Shown here piece by piece: positions 50,007 through 61,800 of a stretch of DNA of 64,000 nucleotides. The DNA lies in contig OX337229.1 of NCBI GenBank assembly GCA_946965045.2, forward strand, positions 6,014,001-6,078,000, written 5' to 3'. The first letter of the stretch is position 1. Each line of letters opens with the position of its first letter. The notes beneath the pieces are model-generated. The model saw only the letters and a list, made by a program, of their open reading frames with translations, was not told the origin of the DNA and ran no database searches. Origin of the DNA: Epithemia pelagica (Eukaryota > Protista > Bacillariophyta). Both the position numbers and the translations under genes were made by a program.

Positions 50007-53000
50007 ATGGGCCAGCGTCGTAAAGTAAAAAAGAAGTCGCGAAAGAGATGCTCAAATACAAGCCAACAAGAGGAGTCCTTCATATCCTTTCAAGTGTGTC
50101 GTTTCTGTCAATCACGTTTCGATGCAAGAGGAATCAGCCGTCACGAAACAGTTTGTGAATTGAAAATGAACACACAAAGGAAATGGCCAAATGTTGGCGA
50201 TGACAACAATGATTGTGCCAGTAATATGAATGCTGATCCAATGAATATTGATATCATGGACAATGAAACCACTATTCCGCATGCTGACCCACCAAAAGCA
50301 TACTATGTACCTGGTGATACAGATAATATTATTCTGCGCAACAGCAAGGAGTGCCCGGTTGATTTTCCTGCGTTCCTTGATAGAGATGGGAAGCAATTGA
50401 AACTTCATAAACACGATGCAGCCTTGGTCTCACTTATGATGTTACTTCGGAAAGCTGGTTGCCCCAAATATTTGTACAATTCGATCCTGGCATGGTCGAG
50501 TGACACATACTCAAGATGCGGTCCTGGGTTCTTCCTGGACAACCATTCAAAGAGGAAAACGTTCATCGAAAAGTTTTCTACCAAAGGTTTCAATTATCCC
50601 AAGGCAAAATTTTTCCCGGTACCAATGGAATTCACCCAAAAACAGGGTGTGGTTGTACCAGAGAGTGAGAAATCAATAACAACACCAGTATTTGATTTGA
50701 TCAGTCAACTACAGCGTGTATTACAAGATCCCGATGCAACCAAGAAAGAAAATACGATCCTCGATGATGACGATCCGTATCGTCCATATGTTCCAAACAA
50801 GCACATCCAAAATATACAAGACGGAGAAGTATTTCGGAAAACAGTGGAAAAATATAGAGATGATCCAGATGCCTTCGTGGTTGGTCTTGTCTGTTATATG
50901 GACAAAACACATGCAACAGGGGATGGAAGATATACATCGGAGCCTGTTGTAATGGTGCCATCTTTTCTAACGGAAACACAAATGAGGAAAGCAAGGCGAC
51001 AGATCATCCTTGGGACTATTACAGACATGGAAAGAAAATCATCGGCGGCAAAACATATCCTCGATAAAGGGACTCCTTGCCGAAATTATCATGCTCAATT
51101 GACTAAGATCCTCGAAGGTCTTGTCAGTATCCAAAAACAGGAAGGTTTATGGATGAAACTACGCCTCCATGGGATTATCAAAGTTGTCCCTTTGATATTG
51201 CCAATGATTGTTGTCAAAGGAGATGGGAAGTCTCAGGATAACCTTGCAGGTCGGTATGCCTCGCATCATCCAAGTGTTGGAAGACTATCATGGTGTTGCA
51301 ATATTAAACCAAGGGATAGCAGATACCCATGGCATGAATGTTCTTATATCAACGCTGCAAGTACATACAAAATGTGCTTGAATGCATTGGGTCTTAATGA
51401 AAATCGAGAAAAACTGACTGAACAGGATGTTGATTACCAAGAGAGAGACAATGATACATTTTCAACTTTGACTGTTCCTACCTGTTTGAGCACATCACAA
51501 GTAAGTCAAGAAAATAGCAGAGATGGAGGGGTCAATACCCTTGTGTCAGCTGCAAAAACCCAATTGCATGACATGGGACAATATGCAGTCGATCTTTGTT
51601 TTTCCAAGGTTTACCTGGGTGAAGGAACCAATTCTGAACATGGGATTTTCTCGGCCAGTAGTTGTGATGTTCTTCATACATTGAAATCTGGGATAATGAG
51701 ATACATCATGATTGACTTTTTCACGTTGATGACAAAAACTGAACGGGCCATGTTTGATTATGTCTACAATTCAATCTTTCGGGCAAGTAGACAGACTGTA
51801 TTCTCGTATTCATCGAAACTTGGATATCCTGGAACATCATTCTCGACCGGGATCAGTAACCTGTCAAAAGTAACTGCCAATGAGTGGGTTGGGATCATGT
51901 TTGCTTCAGCAGCTCTATGTGCCACTGCCAGAGGTCGCCTTATATTTGCGAAGAATATGGCAAAGAAATGGAACAAGGTGGTTGCGGAATGGAAAAAACG
52001 ACAAGCAAAGCAAACATCCAAAACCACCAACAAGACATGTCAAGCGGACATGGATCAAGTGCAAGAGACAAGTGAACCTATTGCTGACAATGAGGATGAT
52101 ACTCCACCAGATGAAGAGTACGAACGTACACGTCTTGATGATGATGATAGTGTTGACATTGATATCACAGCTGAAACTGTTTTTGATGATGACCCAGTTG
52201 CTTACAGGTCTATCTGGGATGTTGATGAGCGGGAACCATACATAGACTTCCTGCATCTATTCGAGACTCTTTTGTGTTTCAACAGCTGGATTTGTATGGA
52301 TACATTCTGGGAAACAGACCCAGACTCACAAGAAGGACAAACAACAGCTTCCAAGTCTCTCGAATCAGTGCGGATTTTGATGGATGGCATCAGGAGATAT
52401 GCACCCAGGCTCGATAAAAAAGGCAAATTGATGTCCAACGGGTGGATGATACCAAAATTCCACAATCTCATACACATTATACAACAGATTCAGAATTTTG
52501 GACCAGCACGACTGCTTGATGTGGAGTCAGAGGAAAGTAATCACAAGGAAATTGTGAAATTGAATGCAAAAACGGTACAGAAACGTGGAAAAGGAATTTT
52601 TGAGTCGCAACTTGCAGAAAATATCTGGTGGATGCAAAGCTTGGAAATGCTGCAGGAAGCAACAGGTCTTGAAGAAGATCATGTCACCTTTCTCCAGGAA
52701 GGGAAGTCGCCTTATGAAATAAGGAGAAAAAAGGGATCCCAAAACCAACTCCCTACCACATCAACCTCAAATAGTCGTGGAACGGTCATAGTAGTATCCA
52801 TGACCAGAGAAAAATGTTTGATTCCAGTACCTCACACGAACGTACACACTTCTGGTGATAATCAAGACCAGTCATCAAATGAAATAGAAAAGGATCTTCC
52901 GTCTCCATTGGGTATGTCGATTCAAGTTCCAGGCACGACCAGAAAAGAACAAGACGGATCAAACCGAAACCAGACGAGTAGTGTACACAGGCGATTGACA

Positions 53001-53060
53001 GCAGCACCACACGAGGAGGATGTGGTATCAGTGAATATCGAATTCCAACGCCTAGAATGA
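50007..53060 (+). CDS. Plavaka-like transposase
   Basis: N-terminal 'CRFC...RHETVC' zinc finger. Also 'GLVCYMDKT', 'EPVVM', 'NYHAQLTKIL', 'IVVKGDGKSQD', 'CDVLHTLKSG' and 'PKFHNLIHIIQQIQNFGP...DVESEESNHK'. The frame is open for 1017 aa; a 3' intron is possible. Confidence 0.8.
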   Translation: MGQRRKVKKKSRKRCSNTSQQEESFISFQVCRFCQSRFDARGISRHETVCELKMNTQRKWPNVGDDNNDCASNMNADPMNIDIMDNETTIPHADPPKAYYVPGDTDNIILRNSKECPVDFPAFLDRDGKQLKLHKHDAALVSLMMLLRKAGCPKYLYNSILAWSSDTYSRCGPGFFLDNHSKRKTFIEKFSTKGFNYPKAKFFPVPMEFTQKQGVVVPESEKSITTPVFDLISQLQRVLQDPDATKKENTILDDDDPYRPYVPNKHIQNIQDGEVFRKTVEKYRDDPDAFVVGLVCYMDKTHATGDGRYTSEPVVMVPSFLTETQMRKARRQIILGTITDMERKSSAAKHILDKGTPCRNYHAQLTKILEGLVSIQKQEGLWMKLRLHGIIKVVPLILPMIVVKGDGKSQDNLAGRYASHHPSVGRLSWCCNIKPRDSRYPWHECSYINAASTYKMCLNALGLNENREKLTEQDVDYQERDNDTFSTLTVPTCLSTSQVSQENSRDGGVNTLVSAAKTQLHDMGQYAVDLCFSKVYLGEGTNSEHGIFSASSCDVLHTLKSGIMRYIMIDFFTLMTKTERAMFDYVYNSIFRASRQTVFSYSSKLGYPGTSFSTGISNLSKVTANEWVGIMFASAALCATARGRLIFAKNMAKKWNKVVAEWKKRQAKQTSKTTNKTCQADMDQVQETSEPIADNEDDTPPDEEYERTRLDDDDSVDIDITAETVFDDDPVAYRSIWDVDEREPYIDFLHLFETLLCFNSWICMDTFWETDPDSQEGQTTASKSLESVRILMDGIRRYAPRLDKKGKLMSNGWMIPKFHNLIHIIQQIQNFGPARLLDVESEESNHKEIVKLNAKTVQKRGKGIFESQLAENIWWMQSLEMLQEATGLEEDHVTFLQEGKSPYEIRRKKGSQNQLPTTSTSNSRGTVIVVSMTREKCLIPVPHTNVHTSGDNQDQSSNEIEKDLPSPLGMSIQVPGTTRKEQDGSNRNQTSSVHRRLTAAPHEEDVVSVNIEFQRLE

Positions 53061-56000
53061 TCGTTGTGTCCAGGATGACTGTCTCTAAGTGACAAATGGT
53101 GCCTGGAATGTTCGTTGTATCCAGGGAATCTCTCCCAATCCATCGGATGTCGATTAGACCATTGATTGTGGCTATCTCTGTATACCGAATGGTGCCTTGT
53201 ATGTTCTCTTGAATGTTCGTTGTATCCAGAGAATCTCCTCCAATCCATCGAATGTCGATTAGACAATTGATTTTGATTATCATGTCTTCTTTTTCTATCC
53301 CGGTAAGTGTTTTCCATGATTTGATCTCTTCTCCCTCTAGACTCGTCTTGGTGGTTATCATGGTATCCAGGTTGGTCTTGTCGTTCAATGACTCCTCTTC
53401 TAGTTTGTTGGTTATCTTGATCGAAATGTGAATGACGAGACCCATGATAATCTGATGTATTAGATCCTCTCGATCCTGGATGATCATCATTGAATCGATT
53501 CTGTCCATGCTGACAATACACTGGCCTGTCATGTTCAGGTTGCGAACCCCACTCATTTGTTCTGGGGCTTCGAGCTATCGACAGGACGTTGTTCTGATTC
53601 CGTCCTCCCCATAGCCCATGTGGATTCTCTCTCTTGTCCTTGGTTCTTTCGTTATCATGTTGGGTTTGCTCTGTTCTATGTCTTTCTTCAGGCAGCTCAC
53701 TCCGGTTACCCCAATTCGCAGGCATTGCAACGGAACGTGATGAGTTATTTCCTCCCCGTTGCTGGTATTTAGGCTTCTCACCATCTGGTGACTGATAGAT
53801 TGCTTTGTGTTCAGAAGGATGAGTATATGTTCTTTGAACAGAACGTGTCATAGGACAGAAGTACAATAGACTTTGAATATCCTGGCTGCACACCATACAT
53901 GTGTTGTGGCCCCGCTGCATCCAATCTCCAACACATTCCCGACAAAATGTATGTCTACAAAGAAACAGTTCGCAATCCACTTTTCTGGTCATACAAATCG
54001 AACAAACCTCGGGCTTGTAATTTGCCTCACCTCCTCTTTGTTCTAGTGTTGACGGCTTGTTACTCACAGGTGATTTTTTTGATGATTCTTCAGGGCGTCC
54101 CTCAATCGTAGTTGTAGTGTCTTCGACTGTTTCCCTATGTCCCTCTTCAGGGAATCCCTCGCTCGTAGTTGTAGTTTCTTCCACTGTTTTCTTGTGTCCC
54201 TCTATCTTCTCCGCACCAAACATGTGGATGTTACTCTTGATCTTTTGTCCACACTGGGGACACCATACATTATGATACTTGAACCGTATTCGTAAGCAAT
54301 TTCCGTGAACCAGATGTCCACATGGGATGAGGGTACAGACTTCGCTGTCTGTATCTGTTTTCAATGCCCTGTTACAGCATACACAAGAATCTGGACAATA
54401 TACAACGGTCGGTAGCAATCGATTTATATCTCTCTTGGAAAGTTTGGAGTCAAGTAACACCTCCTTGGGTTCTAATCCCACCTTCGGGCACGGTATGAAC
54501 AATATGTCACCATCCGTAGTCCACGTCTCTGAACACCCACCATCAGATAGATCGACGTTCTCCGTGTATTCGTATTTATCGGTACCACGTGAAAACCCCA
54601 CTTCAACAGGATCGTCGTCGCTGTTGCCATCGAAATTGTCAGGTCCCAACACCAAAGGAGAAATCGAATTGCCTTCGACAGCATGCTCTAGTCCTCTCGA
54701 AAATTCATTATTGTACCGTATTTGATTACTCGAAAAACAATTGGATATCGTCATACTCATGTCTATCTGACCTTCTTTCCGACCCGGGTTTGGTCGACTA
54801 CTCATTATGTTTCCAAGCATTCTGATCACGATAGCTTGTGGCATTGGCTTTGGAGTATCCTTCTTAGGTTCTGGCATTTTCACAATGCGATATCGCCACT
54901 TGTTACATTCCTTGTTTGTATCATGTGTTGTCTCATCTTCTTCCACTAATGATGGGTCATAACATAGACTGACTGGCGGGGAACCTTTTGACGTATTGAC
55001 CAGGTCCCATTTCCGTAGTACATGACGCGTCGTTCCTTCCCAGTATTGGTCTGATCGATTATGTATTGGTTCGTAGATATGAAGTATCTTTTTGTCGATT
55101 TCGAAGGCCAATAAAGCTGGGTCGCTGACATCAGTTGCTGTTGTCAAGGCAATGATCGCCAATATCAGTGTGTTCGGATCCTGTTGTCTCCATGATGACA
55201 TAGGAATTTTCTTAGGAAATGGGTTCCTGATTGCTTCATCAAATGTTACTTTGTCAACATATACTAGGTTCTGATGGTTGTGATGGACCATCAATTTCAA
55301 ACAAGTATAGAAAGACTCAATCGGCATGCCCGTCCTTGAAGTGTTGTAGCAAAGATCTCTCCGACGATGTCTATGTGGGATATGCAAAACACGCGTTGTA
55401 GGGTCCTGGTCATTCATCAACCCACTGTAAGACATGCATAGTGTGCACCTAAATAATGTCTTGATTTCGACATGCGTGTTGTCCTTCCCCATACTCTTAG
55501 CATACTGGGTTGCTAGCTTCATGGCCGACTTGATGTTCTCGTTGTTTCTGTTAGTTTGTTTTTCTGCGAACTTGTCTAAGTAACCGTCACCAATGTTGTC
55601 GATGGATTCATTCGAGTCCCATGAGTCTTTTCTTCTCTTCTGGTTTTCTATAGGATCAAGAACGTGTGGAATTTCAATGAAAGGCGGTGGTACCACACCA
55701 TCACCTGTCTCCTCATTTCCCTTGTTTATGGAAGCACAACGTCTCTAAGACAAAGAGATCAATCATTTTTGAGATTGTCTAATCCTTCTCAATTCTTGAC
55801 AAGTCGCTCGAACATCTTACCTCGTTGTCTGCGGTTTTTTCATTGTCGTCGCTTATAATCTTCCTGACCTCTTCCACACGGTCTGATTTGAGGACGACTT
55901 GGTTCGACGTTGTAATGGAAGTTGGTAGTACTTGTTCCTTTCTCTCGTTAGTAGGATCATTACCAGCCACGACCTTCTGTCTCTTTTTTGCCGGCGAGTC

Positions 56001-56945
56001 TGTACTCCGACGTTGCACGGCAATTTCTTTCGATTTCCTGGCAGACAGTAACTCTTGTTTTTCTATATAAACCAGTAGATCGTAGAACATACCGCCATCG
56101 TCTCCGTTTCTTCCATATTGTACCAAAGAATCTCTTTCTTCAAGGTACATCTTGAACCATGTGTCAGGCATCGTATACAACAGTGCTTTCTCCATTTGGA
56201 TATTGGAAATCACGTCCATGTTCTCGTCCGATGTCGATTCTGAGATGAAACGGTGTATGGCCACCATATGTTCGATAACCCATGCGATTTTACCAACAGG
56301 TACGAGACGCGGTTTCCTGTAAAGGGAGGAATCATCTAGAAGGTATCGTTTCAATGCTTCTCCAATCCCACCGATCCCCTTGCGTGTCTTCTTAGAGACT
56401 AAGCCATGAGAGGAAAGAAATCTGATAATGGTTTGTCTCAGATTCTCAGTACTGTCTATCACTGTCGTCCCAAATGCCTGATTCCAAATATTGGAAACAG
56501 GACTGTAGAGAGTCTTTTTGAACAACAGTCGAGCAACCATTGGAGTCAACTTGTCATCATCATCCATCTCGTTCTTAATTCTTGTGAAACAGAAAACGGA
56601 GTGACAGATGATATCTTGGAATGCAGGCGAATAACAGATTGGTAGGAATATCTTCACATAATGGCCGTCATGTGGTACCTCCACTGTTGTCCATTTTCCT
56701 GATTTGTCTTGGAAAACACTTTCATACCAATTGAGGACACTTTCGTATGTAATGGGCATAATACCGGTGTAGTGAGATTCCTCGCTTGTGTGTGTTCGAA
56801 GTGTATGATTGGTACCAGAAACAGTCATAGTCGACACGTCCTTTCTTTTGTTTCGCACTTCATCATTCATTGAAGAAGGGTCACCAGGATTCTTGGCGGT
56901 CGGTGGCTTTTTGTAGCGAGGGCCCTTGATGCGGTTGCCCGCCAT
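52922..56945 (-). CDS. Transposon cargo protein of about 1300 aa: unknown N-domain, degenerate Ulp1-like region, two RING fingers and a repetitive tail
   Basis: The 388-aa and 924-aa ORFs join in phase 0 via a GTAAGA...TTAG intron at 55820-55745. RING 1 'CVCC...PCGHLVHGNC...CPQC'; RING 2 'CSIC...CRHTFCREC...CMVC'. Ulp1-like 'LLAFEIDKKILHIYEP' lacks the catalytic His and Cys. Confidence 0.75.
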
Positions 56946-56962
56946 TTTGTACTTGTCACGAT

Positions 56963-58082
56963 GCGCTTTTTGTGTAGCGTCTTTGTTTCAACAACAACAA
57001 CAACAAGGGTAGTCGAGGAAGCGCTTTAATTGTAGCGTCTTTGAGACAACCTTGTGTACTTGTCTAAACAGTAAAAAGTGTGCGCTGAATTGTGTAGCGT
57101 CTTTGGTTTGGTCCTGAACTCTGGTGGTAACAAAACAACAACCAAATCGAAGGAATACACTACGACGCGCTTTATGTGTAGCGTCTTGTTCGTTGTGATC
57201 CAACAATCGGTGCCAGAATTTGCTACTCCAAAACCAGGGGTTGGTTGGTTGTCCAAGCAATCTCGCGACAAGAATAGAACAGAAGCAACTGGCTACCACC
57301 GTGTCACACTGCTTGCTTTGGGTCTGTTCTATTCAAGTCGGAGTATCACGAGGACAGGAGGGTTCTTGATAAACAATCTAACAGATAGCCCGAAACCGCT
57401 TTAATTGTAATAGCGTGATTGGAATGAAGGACAGAGCTGAGTGAAACAAGCAACAATCAGACAGATGCCCCAAGCCGCTTTAATTGTAGCGTGGTGATTG
57501 GAATGGCAGAGCTGCAAGATAGTGCAAGTGTCAAAGATAAGACAAATGTCGACAATATTTCGAATGCTCTGGTGGTCGTTCTTCTTCTTGGGTTCCTCTT
57601 CTTCTTGTTTTCCTGTTGTAGCGGTTTTGGAGTGAAGGTCGTGGTTGAAAGGAAGCAAGCAACAATCAGACAGATGCCCCAAGCCGCTTTAGTTGTAGCG
57701 TGATTGGAATGGCAGAGCTGCAAGATAGTGCAAGTGTCAATGTCTCGAATGCTCTGGCCGTGCTTGAGTTCCTCTTCCTCTTCTTCTGGTGCAGCGGTTT
57801 TGGAGTGAAGGTGGCTGAAGAGGAAGCAAGCAACAAAAAGGTGGCTGAAAAGGAATCAAGCAACAATCAGACAGATGCCCCAAGCCGCTTTAATTGTAGC
57901 GTGATTGGAATGGCAGAGCTGTTAGGTTGGTGAAAGAAGTTGGATAGGTGAAAGGATTGAAAAGGGAATCTCGGCAGAGAGAAAGCAAGCAACAAAAAGG
58001 TGGCTGAAAAGGAACCAAGAAACAATCAGACAGATGCCCCAAGCCGCTTTAATTGTAGCGTGATTGGAATGGCAGAGCTGTT
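56963..58082. repeat. Array of nine CGCT-N(8-11)-AGCG palindromes; four sit inside a repeated ~58-bp core
   Basis: Motifs near 56964, 57022, 57083, 57168, 57397, 57476, 57686, 57886 and 58045. Core CAATCAGACAGATGCCCCAAGCCGCTTTAATTGTAGCGTGATTGGAATGGCAGAGCTG starts at 57454, 57663, 57864 and 58023. Confidence 0.85.
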
Positions 58083-58802
58083 AGGTTGATGAAAGAAGCT
58101 GGATAGATAATGGGATTGAACAGGGGAATCTCGATAGCGTTGGGTGATCGATTGCTGTTGTTGCTGCTGCTGCTGTTGTTGTTTGTTGTGGTGTGTTGGG
58201 TGGAGGTGGAGGGAGATGAATGAGCATCGATTCTGGTGGTCGTTGATTGTTGAATGACTAGTATGCTAAGTTGTTCGGTTTTGTTCGATGGATCAGAGTG
58301 TCGAGTTGGTAATCCCCGCGGTTAGGGTGATTGGGAAGGAGGATCCATCTGAGACATTCTTTGGGACATCCATGTGCGTCAGTCTTTCTGGCAGCTGCTG
58401 TGTGATGTGGTGGGAGTGGAAATTCGTGATTCAAAGGTGAGGGGACAGACGCTTGCGCATGAGGGTTGCGTCATGCGCGTCTCGGGGGGGTCGAGCGCGC
58501 CAGATAGTTGTAGTGCGCATTATCGGAGTGTGGCGCGCGTTATTCGTGGTTTGATCGCGGGCTTGTGCGCATTAAAATTGTTGCATGCGCGTGATAGTCA
58601 GCTCGATCTCTAGAACTAGCTAGAGAAATGTGCATTGTTAGACCTAGATTTGCAGATTTAGTTGGGAAAGCAGGATTATAGTTAAAAACTGCGCATATAA
58701 AAATAAACTGCGCATAAAAAATTTTAATTCGGCGAATTTTTTCTAGAAATTCGCTTTTGGGGGTGGAAATCAAGCGCCAGGGCCCATTTCCCTCCTTAGA
58801 TG

Positions 58803-61800
58803 AGTACTATAAGATTTGTCGCCATTTGTTTCGCGTGAGAACAACTCTAGTATCCACAGGTTTTGGAATGTGAAAATGGCGTCACTTATAGTCCACGCCA
58901 TAAGGTATCTGATGATGTAATGCAATTTGGGTTCGGCAACTTTGATGGTATACTTGTTCCTGTTCGACTTGAGGCTATAGTACTATAAGATTTGTCGCCA
59001 TTTGTTTCGCGTGAGAACAACTCTAGAATCCGCATGTTTTGGAATGTGAAAAAGGTGTCACTTATAGTCCACGCCATACGGTATCTGATGATGTAATGCA
59101 ATTTGGGTTCGGCAACTTTGATGGTATACTTGTTCCTGTTCGACTTGAGGCTATAGTACTATAAGATTTGTCGCCATTTGTTTCGCGTGAGAACAACTCT
59201 AGAATCCACAGGTTTTGGAATGTGAACCTGTTGTCACTTATAGTCCACGTCATAAGGTATCTGATAATGCAATGCAATTTGGGTGCGGCAACTTTGATGG
59301 TATACTTGTTCCTGTTCGACTTGAGGCTATAGTACTATAAGATTTGTCGCCATTTGTTTCGCGTGAGAACAACTCTAGTATCCACAGGTTTTGGAATATG
59401 AACCTGTTGTCACTTATAGTCCACGCCATAAGTTATCTGATGATGCAATGCAATTTGGGTTTGGCAACTTTGATGGTATACTTGTTCCTGTTCGACTTGA
59501 GGCTATAGTACTATAAGATTTGTCGCCATTTGTTTCGCGTGAGAACAACTCTAGTATCCTCATGTTTTGGAATGTGAAAATGGTGTCACTTATAGTCCAC
59601 GTCATAAGGTATCTGATAATGCAATGCAATTTGGGTGCGGCAACTTTGATGGTATACTTGTTCCTGTTCGACTTGAGGCTATAGTACTATAAGATTTGTC
59701 GCCATTTGTTTCGCGTGAGAACAACTCTAGTATCCACAGGTTTTGGAATGTGAAAATGGTGTCACTTATAGTCCACGCCATAAGGTATCTGATGATGTAA
59801 TGCAATTTGGGTGCGGCAACTTTGATGGTATACTTGCTCCTGTTCAACTTGAGGCTATTGTACTATAAGATTTGTCGCCATTTGTTTCGCGTGAGAACAA
59901 CTCTAGAATCCACAGGTTTTGGAATGTGAAAATGGTGTCACTTATAGTCCACGCCATAAGGTATCTGATAATTCAATGCAATTTGGGTTCGACAACTTTG
60001 ATGGTATACTTGTTCCTGTTCAACTTGAGGCTATTGTACTATAAGATTTGTCGCCATTTGTTTCGCGTGAGAACAACTCTAGAATCCACAGGTTTTGGAA
60101 TGTGAAAATGGTGTCACTTATAGTCCACGCCATAAGGTATCTGATAATTCAATGCAATTTGGGTTCGGCAACTTAAATGGTATACTTGTTCCTGTTCGAC
60201 TTGAGGCTATAGTACTATAAGATTTGTCGCCATTTGTTTCGCGTGAAAACAACTCTAGTATCCACAGGTTTTGGAATGTGAAAATGGTGTCACTTATAGT
60301 CCACGTCATAAGGTATCTGATAATGCAATGCAATTTGGGTGCGGCAACTTTGATGGTATACTTGTTCCTGTTCGACTTGAGGCTATACTACTATAAGATT
60401 TGTCGCCATTTGTTTCGCGTGAGAACAACTCTAGTATCCACAGGTTTTGGAATGTGAAAAAGGTGTCACTTATAGTCCACGCCATAAGGTATCTGATGAT
60501 GTAATGCAATTTGGGTGCGGCAACTTTGATGGTATACTTGTTCCTGTTCCCCTTGAGGCTATTGTACTATAAGATTTGTCGCCATTTGTTTCGCGTGAGA
60601 ACAACTCTAGAATCCACAGGTTTTGGAATGTGAAAATGGTGTCACTTATAGTCCACGCCATAAGGTATCTGATGATGTAATGCAATTTGGGTTCGGCAAC
60701 TTTGATGGTATACTTGTTCCTGTTCCACTTGAGGCTATTGTACTATAAGATTTGTCGCCATTTGTTTCGCGTGAGAACAACTCTAGAAACCACAGGTTTT
60801 GGAATGTGAAAATGGTGTCACTTATAGTCCACGCCATAAGGTATCTGATGATGCAATGCAATTTGGGTTCGGCAACTTAAATGGTATACTTGTTCCTGTT
60901 CGACTTGAGGCTATTGTACTATAAGATTTGTCGCCATTTGTTTCGCGTGAGAACAACTCTAGAATCCACAGGTTTTGGAATGTGAAAATGGTGTCACTTA
61001 TAGTCCACGCCATAAGGTATCTGATGATGCAATGCAATTTGGGTTCGGCAACTTAAATGGTATACTTGTTCCTGTTCGACTTGAGGCTATTGTACTATAA
61101 GATTTGTCGCCATTTGTTTCGCGTGAGAACAACTCTAGTATCCACAGGTTTTGGAATATGAACCTGTTGTCACTTATAGTCCACGCCATAAGGTATCTGA
61201 TGATGTAATGCAATTTGGGTTCGGCAACTTTGATGGTATACTTGTTCCTGTTCGACTTGAGGCTATAGTACTATAAGATTTGTCGCCATTTGTTTCGCGT
61301 GAGAACAACTCTAGTATCCACAGGTTTTGGAATGTGAAAATAGTGTCACTTAAAGTCCACGCCATAAGTTATCTGATGATGCAATGCAATTTGGGTGCGG
61401 CAACTTTGATGGTATACTTGCTCCTGTTCAACTTGAGGCTATTGTACTATAAGATTTGTCGCCATTTGTTTCGCGTGAGAACAACTCTAGTATCCACAGG
61501 TTTTGGAATGTGAAAATGGTGTCACTTATAGTCCACGCCATAAGGTATCTGATGATGTAATGCAATTTGGGTGCGGCAACTTTGATGGTATACTTGCTCC
61601 TGTTCAACTTGAGGCTATTGTACTATAAGATTTGTCGCCATTTGTTTCGCGTGAGAACAACTCTAGAATCCACAGGTTTTAAAATGTGAAAATGGTGTCA
61701 CTTATAGTCCACGCCATAAGGTATCTGATAATTCAATGCAATATCTGATGATGCAATGCAATTTGGGTTCGGCAACTTTGATGGTATACTTGTTCCTGTT

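Larger units (their letters stand above)
46942..58802. mobile_element. Plavaka-like (CACTA/CMC-related) DNA transposon, 11,861 bp, three genes
   Basis: TIRs CATCTAAGGAAGGAA (46942-46956) and TTCCCTCCTTAGATG (58788-58802), matching at 14/15. 2-bp TSD 'AG'. The satellite is in register on both sides, and there is an internal DDE-type transposase. Confidence 0.9.

Noticed and set aside
52786-53556. 256-aa alternative-frame ORF with 'INGLIDIRWIG' repeats
   Set aside because: It overlaps the repetitive tail of the RING gene in another frame and is explained by the same DNA duplication.
57396-58082. Repeat-spacer pattern resembling a CRISPR array
   Set aside because: The repeats are about 58 bp, the spacers are 100-150 bp and related to each other, there are no cas genes, and the context is a eukaryotic transposon.
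46942-58802. Fanzor/TnpB, TET/JBP or methyltransferase cargo in the DNA transposon
   Set aside because: No RuvC, 2OG-Fe dioxygenase or methyltransferase motifs were seen in any of the three genes.
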